Positions 41,308-53,928 of a DNA stretch of 64,000 nt are shown piece after piece. The stretch is from contig JAGIQG010000001.1 in assembly GCA_024679065.1 (NCBI GenBank), positions 148,924,001 through 148,988,000 on the forward strand, given 5' to 3'. The stretch's first letter is position 1. Every line of letters starts with the position of its first letter. The position numbers and the translations under genes were made by a program. Source of the DNA: Sphyrna mokarran (Eukaryota). The notes under the pieces were generated by a model, which saw nothing but the letters and a program-made list of their open reading frames with translations, had not been told where the DNA came from and ran no database searches.

Positions 41308-41607
41308 CATAATCAAGGATCCCATACATCACAGCCATTCTTTCTTCCTCCTTCTTCCATCAGAAAAAAGATACAAAAGTCTGAGCACATGTACAAACCC
41401 TGACTCAAAAACAGCTTCTTCCCTGCTGCCATCAGACTTTTAAATGGACCAACTTCGCATTAAGTTGATCTTTCTTTCTCTGCACCCTAGCTGTGACTGT
41501 AACACTACATTCTGCACTCTCTCCTTCTCTATGTATAGTATGTTTTGTCTGTTTAGCACGCAAGAAACAATACTTTTCACAGTATACTAATATACATGAC
41601 AATAATA
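41308..41607 (+). mobile_element. Rex1/Babar-like LINE 3' fragment
   Basis: ctcaaaaacagcttcttccctgctgccatcagact (LKNSFFPAAIRL) and a 3' UTR shared with 59110-59311. Confidence 0.85.
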
Positions 41608-42739
41608 TTTCTGAGATGTAATGGTGAGTTTTTCTACATTTGTCAGAGGATGTTGCTGCATCCTTATAGGAGTGGTAGAGGATTAGTTGACCTGTCCACA
41701 GGCTGTACGGGTAAGAAGCAGCAGTGGCAGTGCCTCTGGGTTAGGGACAGAGACTCTGAAGAGAGCAAACTCTGCAGTGTCCTCTGTCAAGTTGGAACCA
41801 GATTCCTAATGCCATTTGACAGCTGGTAACGGGGCTGTCTGGCAGGCCAGCCAATATACGAGCTGTGAAGAATTAAGTTCTTTGAAGAACTTGAAGTATT
41901 ATTTGAGACTCGCTAATATACTCCTCTATGCCATCTCATCGAGTTCGCAATCTAGTTCTCTGCTGGAGAACTCACATATGATGTCTCCCCATGGTAAGCT
42001 GGCAAATGAATCATCATGGCCTTGTTGCAGCTCACTAATCCCCAGTGACTCATCATGTGCTGATCCAACTCTATATTTGCCTCCAGGCAACATGCAGTGC
42101 TAGTAGCTGTGAGCATTTGATCAAGTAATGGGGCTTTTTCATCAATGCTGTTTTGTTGCTCTCTCATTTCCTCCTCTGATTGGGCAGGCAGCAGTTCTTG
42201 GGTGTCTGAAAGCAGCAGAAGATTGGTGATAGGGCAGGGTGGAAGCATGAGATTCCAGATCCCCCTATTTGCAGCTTGTTCACCATGCCAGATAACGGGA
42301 TGAGGGAGAGGTGGGAGTTGAGAAGGGGCATAAAAGATTAATATATCATTACTGTCAATGTTCTTGTTGACATGAAATACCACAGGGTCTATAATGCTGA
42401 GAGCAATAGAACCTAAGAGTTGCAGGGAATAGTGTCTGGTATAGTCATTGGGTTGAGTTTGGGTGACGTACCTGCCATAGCTGAACAGTTATAGACTGCT
42501 AGCTAAAGTGAGAGGTAAGCGTGGCTAACAGCTTGACAGGTGTGTGAGAGTGAGGTGGAATGTCTGGATGGTGGTGAGAATTCCAGTGAGTGCAACTGGG
42601 TGTTTGGTACATGAGTAACTGGTGTTTTCATGGGAAGGTGATTTTGATATCCTGCATGAGGATAATATACCGCTTGTAAAACAAGAGTGTCAGATTTGCT
42701 GGCACCAAGAGCTGTACCTTCGTTATGTTGAGCTTGTGA

Positions 42740-43480
42740 GACATATAGGAGACTATTCACTTTGCCAAGTACTGAAAGGTACTTTCAGGTAGATCCAGGA
42801 GCAGAAGTGTTGTTTGATCATGGCAGTTGTATGGTCTATCGCATTTTGCGTGGCAACATTCCCTTTATTGTGTGCATGGGGTTGTACATGTAGATAGCAG
42901 TTCCACACTGGAATCCTGCAGCACATTGTTGGCAGCCAGAAACTCACCCTTGGGTTTCCCATATTGGTTCAAATGCGGGTGATACTGCAGACTGGAGACA
43001 TCATCATTGCTGCTGATATGGGGCATTGACTGAAATGACGTATTGCATATGGATACAAAATAGCTGAATGTTGAGGGAATGGTTCCTGTCCACCTCAGGA
43101 GTTAACTGCAATATCTGCAAAGCAGTGTTTGTGAAGTCAGTGGCTCCTCTGCTGCACGATGAAGCCTGTGAAACTGAAAGCCATGTTACTTCTGTTTCTG
43201 TCTGGCAAGAGAGAATGAAATATAGTCAGCTTTCCAAAGAACCTCTGTGACCTATACAGTAGTGGATGGCAAACTGTTAGTTATTGCAGAAATGTCTAGA
43301 TCCACCCTGGTAGGAACCTGTTGCATTAAAGTTCATTGTTGTGGTGATTTTGCAGCCATTGATGATGTACTGTCCTCTGAGATTGCAGTTATGGCCTCAG
43401 CAGATGGCAGAATTCAGTGAGGATGTCCTTACTAAAGTGTAAATGTCCTACATCTGTTCTTCTCTTGAGGGTTAAGGAGG
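42740..43480 (-). pseudogene. PIF/Harbinger (HARBI1-like) DDE transposase fossil within a larger decayed element (~40900-44070)
   Basis: Ordered antisense motifs LHFSKDILTEFCHLLRP, KITTTMNFNATGSYQ, GATDFTN (cf. GAIDCTH), HSLNIQLFC (cf. HSLNVQLVC) and ATQNAIDHTTAMIKQHF (cf. TRxxIExxxGxLKxRF); many stops and frameshifts. Confidence 0.75.
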
Positions 43481-44279
43481 AAAGTTTTCCCTGAACATCT
43501 TAGGTAGTTATAGGCTCCTACTGAGACCCTTCCTAACCAGCACTTCCCACAAAAAATTACTCTGCCCTTTGTGGTAGTATTCTCCCAGTTCTTTTATATT
43601 CCAAGGGGAAGATCTACTTCATCTTGTCTGGAAGCAACTGGTTTGTGTAGAAGCCATGAAGTTCACTTCCTGTGGACTTATGTAAAGCACTCCAGGCAGC
43701 ACCAAACACTGGTAGACCATAGCAGCAGTCAATAGAAATCAGTCAGCAGTAAATCTGAAATTAATTGATGATCTCTTTAAATAGTGCCAGTAATGTGGTC
43801 CTTCAAAGTGCACAATTAAGAGAGAATGTTAGATCAAGTGTTGACCTTCAAAATGGCAGCATGATATCATGTTCTGCCGACCCTGTGTAACTTTGGTGGA
43901 CACACAGTGCACACAAGTTAGCATGATCACTAATGTAACATCCTCTGGATTTGCTCCAGAGTTTTTCACTAACTTAATTGCAATGTTAAGCCTACTTGTG
44001 ACACTAAATAAACTTAAAATCTAGAGGTACTGTGGATGTCAGTTTGGGCCTCTAAAGGAAAATTTGAGTTTTGTGCCACAAAATGAAGTTTGTCCCTCTC
44101 ATATACCATGTCTAGTTTTGGATTTAGCATTAAGTGACAATCCTAGTCAAAGTTTAAAGGCGCCGGCCACAGTCAATTTCCTGTTATGTTGAAACACATG
44201 TTATTGTCATTTAATCATATTTAGATTGTTTTGTTATCCGTAAAGCAAAATGTGTAACAATTGTCACCTAAAAATAGAA

Positions 44280-44930
44280 GGGATTGCATTCATATGGTGA
44301 GTTTCCTGACCTCTGTCTCAAAGTGGTTCTCAGCTAAAGGATACTTTTGAAATGTTGCAACGTGGAACAGTCAATTTGTGTATTTTTCAAGAGTATCCTA
44401 GTGCTTCACGTCGTTAGTGTATGCTTGACCTGGACCATTTGATGGGCAACACGACAGCTCAGTGACTATCGCTGTGCTATGCAGATACGTGGATTTGGGC
44501 CTGTGTCTGTGGGAGTTTGCACATTCTCCCCGTGCTTGTGTGGGTTTTCTCCGGGCGCTCCAGTTTCCTCCCACGTCCCAAAGATGTGCTCTTAGGCTAA
44601 TTGGCAAAACAAATTCTCCCTAAATTGTCTCAAATTTGGTTTTTAATCTATAGATCTATAAACATAGACTGGGATCACAGGTAGAGGTGGGAACATCAGG
44701 GTGGCGGCGCGGGCTCGTTGGGCCGAAGGGCCTGTTTCCCATGCTGTTTTGTTCTTTGTTTTTTATAGTAAGATCCCACAACCCATCAATAAAATCAATG
44801 CACACAGATTATTGTTTTTTTCATTAATGCTGCCTAAGGAATAAATGTCAGCCAGAATGGGTGAATGCACCTGCATTTCTTTGACTAGTGCTGTAGGCCC
44901 AGCTGAAAGGGCATATAAGGCATTAACACT
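44280..44930 (-). mobile_element. Old Deu-domain SINE (SacSINE1-like) split by a younger insertion
   Basis: Left part ends cagtcaatttgtgta and resumes at 44766 tagtaagatcccacaac...ggaataaatgtcagccag, as expected for one antisense DeuSINE. Confidence 0.55.
44443..44764 (+). mobile_element. V-SINE with divergent head and (ttctttg)n tail
   Basis: V core ggagtttgcacattctccccgtg...tttcctcccac; tail gggccgaagggcctgtttcccatgctgttttgttctttgtt. Confidence 0.88.
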
Positions 44931-45316
44931 ATATTAGTAATAAATGGATGATCTTGTTCAGAGAGTTTGTAGGATGACTGGTGTGGAATAGGAATAACTT
45001 TGTTTCTATGCACTCGTATGCAATCTTCTGAGTATTTTGCTTACCCTGAGGAATGCTTGGTTTTCACTAGAGCAGTGTAAAAGTATTACATTCCTATAGC
45101 ATTGATATCTATTGCCTTTATGAACAGAAACAAGTGGAAATAAAGGTTTGACTTGGGTATCTCATGTGAAGCCAACCTGGCAAGAATGTTCTCCAGTCAT
45201 ATGAAGTGGTCGTCATCGACATGGGGGAACTTATTATAAGGCTATTTTCAGTACCCACATTTCAATTTGATGTTGTGATTGGGAGTCAGTGAGACTGTTG
45301 GCAAATTTGGTGACAT

Positions 45317-45755
45317 TTTGATTTGGTTTTATTTATTATTGTCACATGTATTAGTATAAAATATGTTTTCTCACATGCTATACAGACAAAGCATACCATT
45401 CATAGAGAAGACCTTGTAGAATGTAGTGTTACAGTCATAGCTAGGGTGTAAAGAAAGATCAACTTAGTGTGAGGTAGGTCCATTCAAAAGTCTGGTGGCA
45501 GCAGGGAAGAAGCTGTTCTTGAGTCAGTTGATACATGACCTCAGACTTTGATATCTTTTTCCCGATAGAAGAAAGTATATCTGGGGTGCACGGGGCCCTT
45601 AATTATGCTGGCTGCTTTTGCAAGGCAGCTGGAGTCAATGGATGGGAGGCTGGTTTTGGTGATGGATTGGGCTGCATTCATGACCTTTTGTAGTTTCTTG
45701 TAGTCTTGGGCAGAGCAGGAACCATACCAAGCTGTGATACAACCAGAAAGAATGC
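45317..45755 (-). mobile_element. Rex1/Babar-like LINE 3' fragment
   Basis: Antisense to 58070-58320 and 59110-59311 (gcagcagggaagaagctgttcttgagtc; tcaatggatgggaggctgg). Confidence 0.85.
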
Positions 45756-45774
45756 CCCATCAAGCAGTAATTAA

Positions 45775-45940
45775 AAAGCAAAATACTGTGGATGCTGGAA
45801 TCTGAAACAAAAGCAGAAAATGCTAGAAAACTTCAAAATGACTCTCCTGTGCCCGGAAGAAGAATCACACGCTCAAAATGTTAACTCTGCTTTCTTTCCA
45901 AGACCTGTTGAGTTGTTGTAGTATTCTCTGTTTTTGTTTC
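45775..45940. mobile_element. Penelope-like inverted terminal remnant (third family)
   Basis: Inverted ends gaaacaaaagcagaaaatgcta / tagtattctctgtttttgtttc; a weaker relative lies at ~26095-26280. Confidence 0.55.
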
Positions 45941-47564
45941 CATTAAGCAGTGTCTGCTTTATTTTCTGTCACAAGTGTCATTTTCTAATCACATTGAATG
46001 GGAATCACAAAGCAGAGAGGGTTATGTGCATGAAACTGGCACTTAACTTGCAAGTTCTAAACCTTGATTCTAAACTCAGCATGCGAATGATTTAAAAAAA
46101 GATATATCAGTTTTATTGCTCAGTAATTATTTCCAGAGATCTGCCAATAAGTCTAAGGGATGCCACTTGCATCTGCAACTGTGTGTGCTGTTCTTTGCTC
46201 ATTGAATATCGGTGGGAGCTCTATTGTGTAAGCAAACCAAAGGAAGAAGGTTTGTGGTTTCAGTATATGTTTAAAGCATATCAGCGACCACTTATTTACA
46301 GTATTATGCCAATAACTGAACTTTTTTACATAAGTGACTGTGGGGAATTCCACATGTTTCTGATGTGGCTTATTTTAGCCCAACTAAGTTTTAAAATTAT
46401 TTCAGATTTGTAAGCTTTCTACCAGTAACATGGTTTGAGGATTATTTTGTAACGTGTGAAGATATAGAGAAATGCCAACAGCAGTTTGTGACCAGATTTT
46501 ATACAATAACAATCTTTCTCGAGTGTCCTCTGAATTAAGAGAGCTGTGTTTGAAAAAAAAACCTGCTCTCTCAAATTCTTGTCCTGATACTCTCTAAAGA
46601 TCACATAAAGCTAAGGGAGACATTCTCACAACTTACTTACAGTGTGTTTCTTCTGTTTTTGTACAGATACTAGAATCTTCTTGTTGTCTTTTGGAAAAGA
46701 TCAGCAGTGAATGTTGCTTTCTGTTGGGAAAGATTGATAGATCTCATTTTCACTTCAGGTGTCCAGGGTAATTGTAAAGCTAAATAACTCAGAAATAACA
46801 GAAAATTGATTCTGGGCACAATGGGCTCCAAAATATGGGTTTCAGAATTATTCATGCTTCGAATTTTGGATCAATTATGTTTGCTGCACCCACATATTTC
46901 ACTTTGAAGCTGTTCTAAGTTTTTATAAATATGTGATGAACCTGATAGCTGATCAGTTTTTAGTTAACTTGCTTTTGAATTACTTTACCAAACCTAGTGA
47001 AGTAGCTCACCTGTTTGATTCATTTTCCTAACTCCACATTTTTAAGGATAATTGTTCACATTGTTTAGTTGCATGGCTGAGCAATATTCCTAAGTGCCAA
47101 TATTAACTAAAGCAGGATTAGATTCATGTTTAGTTTGAAAGACTTTTGACATGAGTTAGATAGTTGCCAAAATTCACAAATTTGGGGCATTTTGTTTATG
47201 ATCTCCTTTGTTGACAGTGGGTCAAGTAAACGGGACAGTCAGTATTTGTACACTTCCCTGCAAAATCAATATTTCTCACTAATGAGCATCACTACTAGTT
47301 CGAGATGACTTTAGCGTGAGATTATGATTCTATGTCACAGAGCCAGAAACTAATCTATCTCAAATTTGCCATTTAGAAACTAAAAAAATCTATATTTATT
47401 CTCATTCAGTTGAATCAGTTTCTGATCCAAAAGAGTAAGAATTTAGAAAAAAGATTTAAATTGATTTGAAAATAACAGCGTCCAAATGGTAAATAGATGC
47501 TTCTTAATGCATAGTTTATACTGTTTGGTATAAAATATCACGGAAATCTCTTTCATTCTGTCTA

Positions 47565-47872
47565 GGACAGTGGTTGGCCTCACATGCCAGGGACCTGGGT
47601 TCTGGCCTTGGGTCATTGTCTGTGTGGAGTTTGCACATTCTGCCTGTGTCTGTGTGGATTTCCACTGGATGCTCCAATTTTCTTCATGCTCCAGAGATGG
47701 ATGGATTAGGTGGATTGGCTATGCTGAATTGCCCCTTAGTGTCAGGGGAACTAGCAGGTAAAATACGTAGGGTTGCAGGGATAGAGCCTGGGTGGAATTG
47801 TTGTCAGTGTAGGCTTGATGGGCCAAATGGCCTTGTTCTGCATTGTAGGGATTCTATGATTTTATTCTATGA
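47565..47872 (+). mobile_element. V-SINE (HE1-like)
   Basis: Colinear with 11229-11550; V core and gattctatga tail. Confidence 0.88.
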
Positions 47873-47887
47873 CTGTATGACAATAAG

Positions 47888-48572
47888 CAGAATTCTCCCA
47901 TCTATGACTAAGTCCTGTGGCGGGGGTGGGAATGTGGAGTATTTCTTGTTGCAGAGGCCGGTGAGAAATCATGCTATATCTTCTGCCCCCTACCTCATTA
48001 ATAATACAACTGTGTTTTGCGCCATGTTACTCGGTGAAGCAGGCATGGTTGTATTTAGTTTGCCATTGTATCCAAGCGCCATATTGAAAAGGTGCTCAAT
48101 GTCATTGACCACAGTTTTGAAGAAAGAAGTTGGACCTCCTGAGAAAGCAGGACCTCCTCAATAACACCAAATCTGGAAGTCCACCTGTTGATGCTTCCTG
48201 CACACACTGCCATATTGTTTTGAGGTCCAGGGTTGCTGGTGGTCTCCATTCTGAACTGGAAGGTAGCCCCAGATGTTGTTCAAGTGGGACTCAGCATCTG
48301 CTTGCCATGTTACATGTTTTGGACTGCTGCGCTTTCCTGCTGGCATCTTGGAGAATCAAGCGGGATGGAAGATTCCAGTCATGCTTCAACCTGCATCCCA
48401 TTAGTTGGATGTAAATCAGTTTCAAGCCAGCCTCTAGCGGGTTTCCTGGTTCACTGTGATGGGCAACAGTAAAAAATACCGCAGGAAATTCATGCTGGTG
48501 TGAAACCTTTTTGGTGTCCTGCCAAATTCCTCCCTTGGGTTATTGAACCTCTTGGTGTGGAATCATTCTGCC
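47888..48572. mobile_element. Non-autonomous Harbinger-like element
   Basis: Imperfect ends gcagaattctccc ... ggaatcattctgcc around a GC-richer interior. Confidence 0.4.
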
Positions 48573-51332
48573 AACTGGTTTGAGAATGCACAAGTTCATT
48601 TAATGTGAAATCTCTTGCAGTTCAGAGAGGAAAAAAACATTTATTCTTTGTATACAAAAATAACTAGACAAAGAGATTCAGATGTAATGGAACAAAATTC
48701 CTCAATGCCTCAATGTGTTATGGTCCAAAAAGAACTAACACATTTAACCAATTGAACCTGTCACAATAATTGTGCATGATTTCTAAGAAGTAAACAGCAT
48801 TTTTGAAATGAAAAGGGGAAGGAAGAGCATCTTCTGAAGGTCCTGCATGTTGGTCATCAATTGAAAGCAAGCCTGTTTGCAAAGTAGCTTATTTGAAATT
48901 AACCTCCATTTGCGAAATAACACTTTCCTGGGTATTTTCAAAATTCAGCCCTTTGCCAAAAAATGTTCTGAAAATTGAGAGAGCTGCATTGTTATCTGTG
49001 AGAAGAGAGAAAGCTAATCATTTCCCGATCTCATGAGTCTAGACAAAGTACTGCCTAATTATAACTGAAATAGATTACACCCATGGTAATCTCCTTGGAA
49101 AACAAGTGGCTTCATAATTGCTTCAGTTTTCCAGTTGTTTTAATTTCATTTGTGTCTATAGGACCACTTGACACATGAAGCAAATTTTCTTTCTCATGTC
49201 AATTTGCGCTTTGCCCAAATGTTCTACTCTGTTCATTTTGAGTTAGATTTTCAGAGCAGAGTTAATGATTCTTTTAAGTGCATGACACAGTTCAACCTGA
49301 TAACCCAATAAGTACTTCAATACTTACTGCTTAAGGTGACAGAAAATACTGACATATTTACATAAATAATAATGGCACCATCCAAGCACGTGTTTTCCTT
49401 TGTTGGATGAAACTCGTCAGTACATTTCAGGAAAGATCAACTTCATTGCCCCATCTCCAGTCATCCTCATTCTGTTGTTTGTGCAAAGCTTAATGCTTTG
49501 TCACATGGACTAGCTGTGCCTCCACTCAACAATTTCCAATAGTTGGAATAGTCCATTGCATGATCGCCTCAAATTTGTGAAATTGAATTTATTAAAGATG
49601 GCATTACTTGCAATCAAGAAACTGGACAGAAATTTAGTATTCCCTTGGATTCATCTGTTATTTAAACAATAAACATTTTGAATTGAGATGTTAATATCTG
49701 GAAAATTAGAATTTCCTAGCCATAATTAGTTTTTGGATTGTAATTCTTCATGTGCAATTAGAGTGAAGAATAAGGTTATCAAGGAAATCCCAAGTTAGAA
49801 CAGTTCATTCATTCCATTACGTTGAGTAATCATTTCATTCATATCTGAGAGGTTATTGCTGTGTTTGGCTTTCTGATGAGTTTACATAGTACGCCAGCTT
49901 TAGTGTAATAATAATAACTTCAGAATTGAGCAAATTGGCCAAGAACTTGTCATGAAGAAGAGATATACCATGAATCGTCTTTGGCATAAACTGCCGGCAT
50001 TATGCCACTCTGCTGTTAGCTTTGCAAAAATGAATCTTGGTTTTAACCTCTCGTGAATGTCTGTGTTTTCACATGAATTATTCATTAACTCGATTACAGG
50101 CAATTCTTTTAATTAAAGGCCACATTTTAACAATAGGATTATTGTTAATGATTGCCAATCAATCTCTTTTGCGCAAAAGATTTTTTAAAGAGGTAAATGC
50201 TGAGTCTCGTGCCTTCAAACTGTGAATTGTTTTATGGATTTTTAAAAATGCCAAACATTATTTTTATTCCCTTTCTGTCTTTGAATCCGATATTTTTTAC
50301 AGAAGTAAAATAGAGGAACTTTTTTCATTCCTTGGTTTTGCTTTGTTTATTTCTCTTTCTGTACTTGATTTAGTATTAAATTTGGCCAGTTAATTCCTGA
50401 GTCCTTGTTGGGTTTATTTTCCAATTTGTAAATCTCAATGTTATACTGTTGCTGTCATTGTTTAATCTTGTCCGTGTTTTCCTCTGTGCACTCTTGACAA
50501 GTCCAATCAAGATACCCTGTTGCAGCAAAACCTGGCCCATTTTAATTTCTGAAAGATAAACTTTCCTTGCACAATCAGATTGATTTTTATTCATATTGTG
50601 GCAACATGATTTTTATAATTGTTGGAATGCCTATTTGCAGGCAAGTTCTTGTAGCCTTCATGTTTGATAAATCTAGTTTGACAGAAGTTGAGCATTTTGG
50701 CTAGTGTGTAATTCATTCACTGTGCCAAGTTGACATTTGACATAGAAAAATAACTGCTTGATAAAATTACTTTAGTGTTGCTTAATGCACAAAAACTTCA
50801 AGAAGAAAGATTTTTCAAAACCAGCCCTACCGTTTTAGTAGTCATAATAGACCATTAGACCTCCAGCATCAATGGTTACTTCGTTTTCTCCATGTTATTG
50901 GGTGGTTTATGGCAATCGCTGATCAGACCAGTAGGTGGAGCACTCTGCAATCATAGAAACAATAAATCCCAAGAGGGAGGTAAAAGTCACCTTTGTCCTA
51001 CAGAAGACAATTCAGAGGTGCTGACCACACAACAGTATGAAAAGTGAGCTTGGTGTTCACACCCAGTCTATCAAATGTCTTTAGGTGCAGGCAAGATTAT
51101 GTCCAGCTATGGTAGACTTGTAAAAGGAAAGAAATGAAAGGTTGTGAACTCTGTCTGTATCTGTTCATAGAAACAACTTGTACTAAGTTGAAGCTTACGA
51201 TTTGTCTGCTATACATTTCAGAAAATATGCTATACTGTGAGAGACAGTGGGAGTAGTTCAGGTTTCGATGTGGACAATGGTTTTGCAACCTGCTCCACTT
51301 TTCTTTCCATGGACAGGATCAATTTTAGAGAT

Positions 51333-51420
51333 AGAATTGCCAACCTTCTAGGTTTGCCCTGGAGCCTCCAGGAATGACATATTTCCCCTGGGCACAAGTG
51401 CAGCAATCCATGAGGAAAAT
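51333..51420 (+). mobile_element. hAT-like MITE end fragment
   Basis: tagaattgccaaccttctaggtttgccctggagcctccaggaat resembles TAGGGTTGCCA-type hAT termini. Confidence 0.35.
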
Positions 51421-53928
51421 TATAGAAGATACGTTAATAAACATGAATAGTCTTGGGTATCTTGTGCACTTGTTGTCAATGCCAAACACTCATTCTGTAA
51501 CACTGCCAACATAATATTTCTACAAAATAGTGTATCCTATGATTGACCATGGCCATCACCAGTAGAAGATTTGTTAGAATGTACATATGTAAAATCTTTA
51601 CTTTTAATTATTCTTTGGTTGTTGTTATGTTCTTGTAGATAGCTTTGCAATATGTAGGCACTTTTCATTTTGTGTAATCGTGTTGATTTACAACTTTACT
51701 TTTGGACTATACATTGGCTACTGTTTGATTACTTTTCCAGCCTGAAGTGAAACAGCTCTGAAAAAGCTTTGTTTCTCTTATTTATCATTGACATCCTTTC
51801 ATCTAATACAGGTAATAAGATCTACTCCAACATTCAGTTGGATTGCGCAAAAATCAAATAATAATTTGCAACAGTCAAGGGAGGAATTATTTTACACGGA
51901 GCACCATCACTGCACCAACTTCTGAGTAGTGTTTTACACTAACAAACAATTGTTAAGACTATGTGTCTAGAACAATGCTGCATAACAATTTGCAGCATTA
52001 TGTTTGAAGCTTTCAACAGATACATTCTGTTGAAGAATTAGCCTGTCTTGTGTTGACCTCTAATTTACCAGTACATAAAATCTCAGCATGTTATATATAA
52101 CACAATTATCATCCTGGATTGGCACTGTTGTGTAGAACCTCCTTCAACTGTTACTGTTTAGCACAACTAACTTTTTTCTTTCAGCTTCTCAGTCATCAGT
52201 ATGTAGGTTTCTGAGTTTTGAGATAAGATCAGCTAGGGTCTCAGGTATATTTTAGTATATTTAGTATATTCAAGTATATTTGCACAATGTAGAAACTTAA
52301 CATTGTGAGTTCAGAGACAGTATGGTTACAGTTGTTCATTCATTTATACTCGAGTGTTAAGTGGAACATTTCCGAGTATTAAATAAATAGATTTTGGTCA
52401 TAGATTCTAAAAATCTGATCATCAGTAGAATTGTTGCATCATTACAAAATGATTCCAACACAACATATGACCTTTACAGAATGGATAGAAAGGGGGAGCA
52501 GTTTTTAATTATTATTACTTTTGGCACAGAGTAAAAATAACGTAGCATCTAACCAATGTGGCAGTAAAAGTTTGTATGCAGTTGTCCTGCTCAGTTGGAG
52601 AATGACAGGGTTGGCAAGTGCTATTGTAGCCTTTGATTTTGACTCAGTATCATCAGTAAACAAATGGAAATGTTTATGTTTCCATCAGTGCAATTCTGAG
52701 CTCCTTTTGAACACCTTTTTATTATATGCCTTGATGTCCAGACAGGAAACGCAGCTAAGGGTACGCACAGGAAGATCACTTCAAATGAACACAAGCAAAC
52801 ATTAAATCAATTGATATAATTACTTCAGGTAATGGTAATAATGGCTGTTCTGCTTTTTTCCTTTGAAGCTGTTATGTCAGCTGCAATTTCTTATAGCATC
52901 AGTATACATCTTGCACAAAATTATCTCCAGATATGAGAGTTTGGGTTTTCATTTGGAAGAAGTAATTCAACTCAATTCCAACAATGTTTACTCATTAAAG
53001 TGATGCTTAAAATTACTTACCATGGTTTAAGCAGAGTGGCATTTTTAAAGATTAATGAATTATTGATCAGTGTGTACTCACTGAAGTCACTTGTATAAAT
53101 TAATTATCAGTGCAACAAGTTTTTTTGTGTGCCCTACTCTTAAATTATACATAGCTATCCATATTTGAAAGGTATATAATGAGGCTTTTTTTGATAAACC
53201 TCACTTCTCATATTAATAAAGCTATGAGATATGAGTTTTTTGAATGGCACCTTCTGAATGTGGCTCCCCACTGGGAGTGAGAAACCGATGAATTTATTGT
53301 TTAATTGATGTTATCTCTTGTTATAGTTGAGCAATCAGCTGTTGGTGACTGTCACCTTGGCAGATTTTGTCTTTAAGTTGACAAACCAAGGGAAAGGGTC
53401 GAGACCCATAATGCAGGCACCACCAAGATTGAGAAGGGCAAACGAACATGAGGTAAATCAAATTATGGCACTTGGGTGATGCCTAGCTTCGCTGTTGGAA
53501 GTCCTGCCGATCATGCAGGGAAGTAAAGACGAAAGAACTGTAAGTTGCCTCACGTGTCGGGCTGGGACACAATAATCAGTCAAGAAGTGGTTAATTTGAA
53601 CTAAACCCATTTCTATTCATGAGAAAAGATATTTGCAAGATAACATTTTCTTTTTGTATTGTATAAATACTGTGATGACAGCCTGTGGCAAGGCATCTCC
53701 CTGATTATGGTTAAGTATACATGTAGCTAGAGATAAAGAAGAGAAATATTAGAGTAAGCCCTTTTTTAGAATAAAGATGCTCAGAAATTGATAGAAATTA
53801 CTCCTTTGTTCTCAGCCTCAGACTTAACGTAAGCAATTAGGCCAGATAACACTTCATGGGCAACTTAGCTAATAATAAGCAACCTAAAGTGCCCTGCTTT
53901 GCTGGCAGTGGTTTTCAGGTATATCTCC

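Noticed and set aside
47574-48164. 196-aa ORF
   Set aside because: It spans a SINE and the adjacent DNA-transposon remnant; chance read-through.
52246-52282. Short tandem repeat (gtatattt) as an array or CRISPR
   Set aside because: Four degenerate ~10-bp units without spacers; simple slippage.
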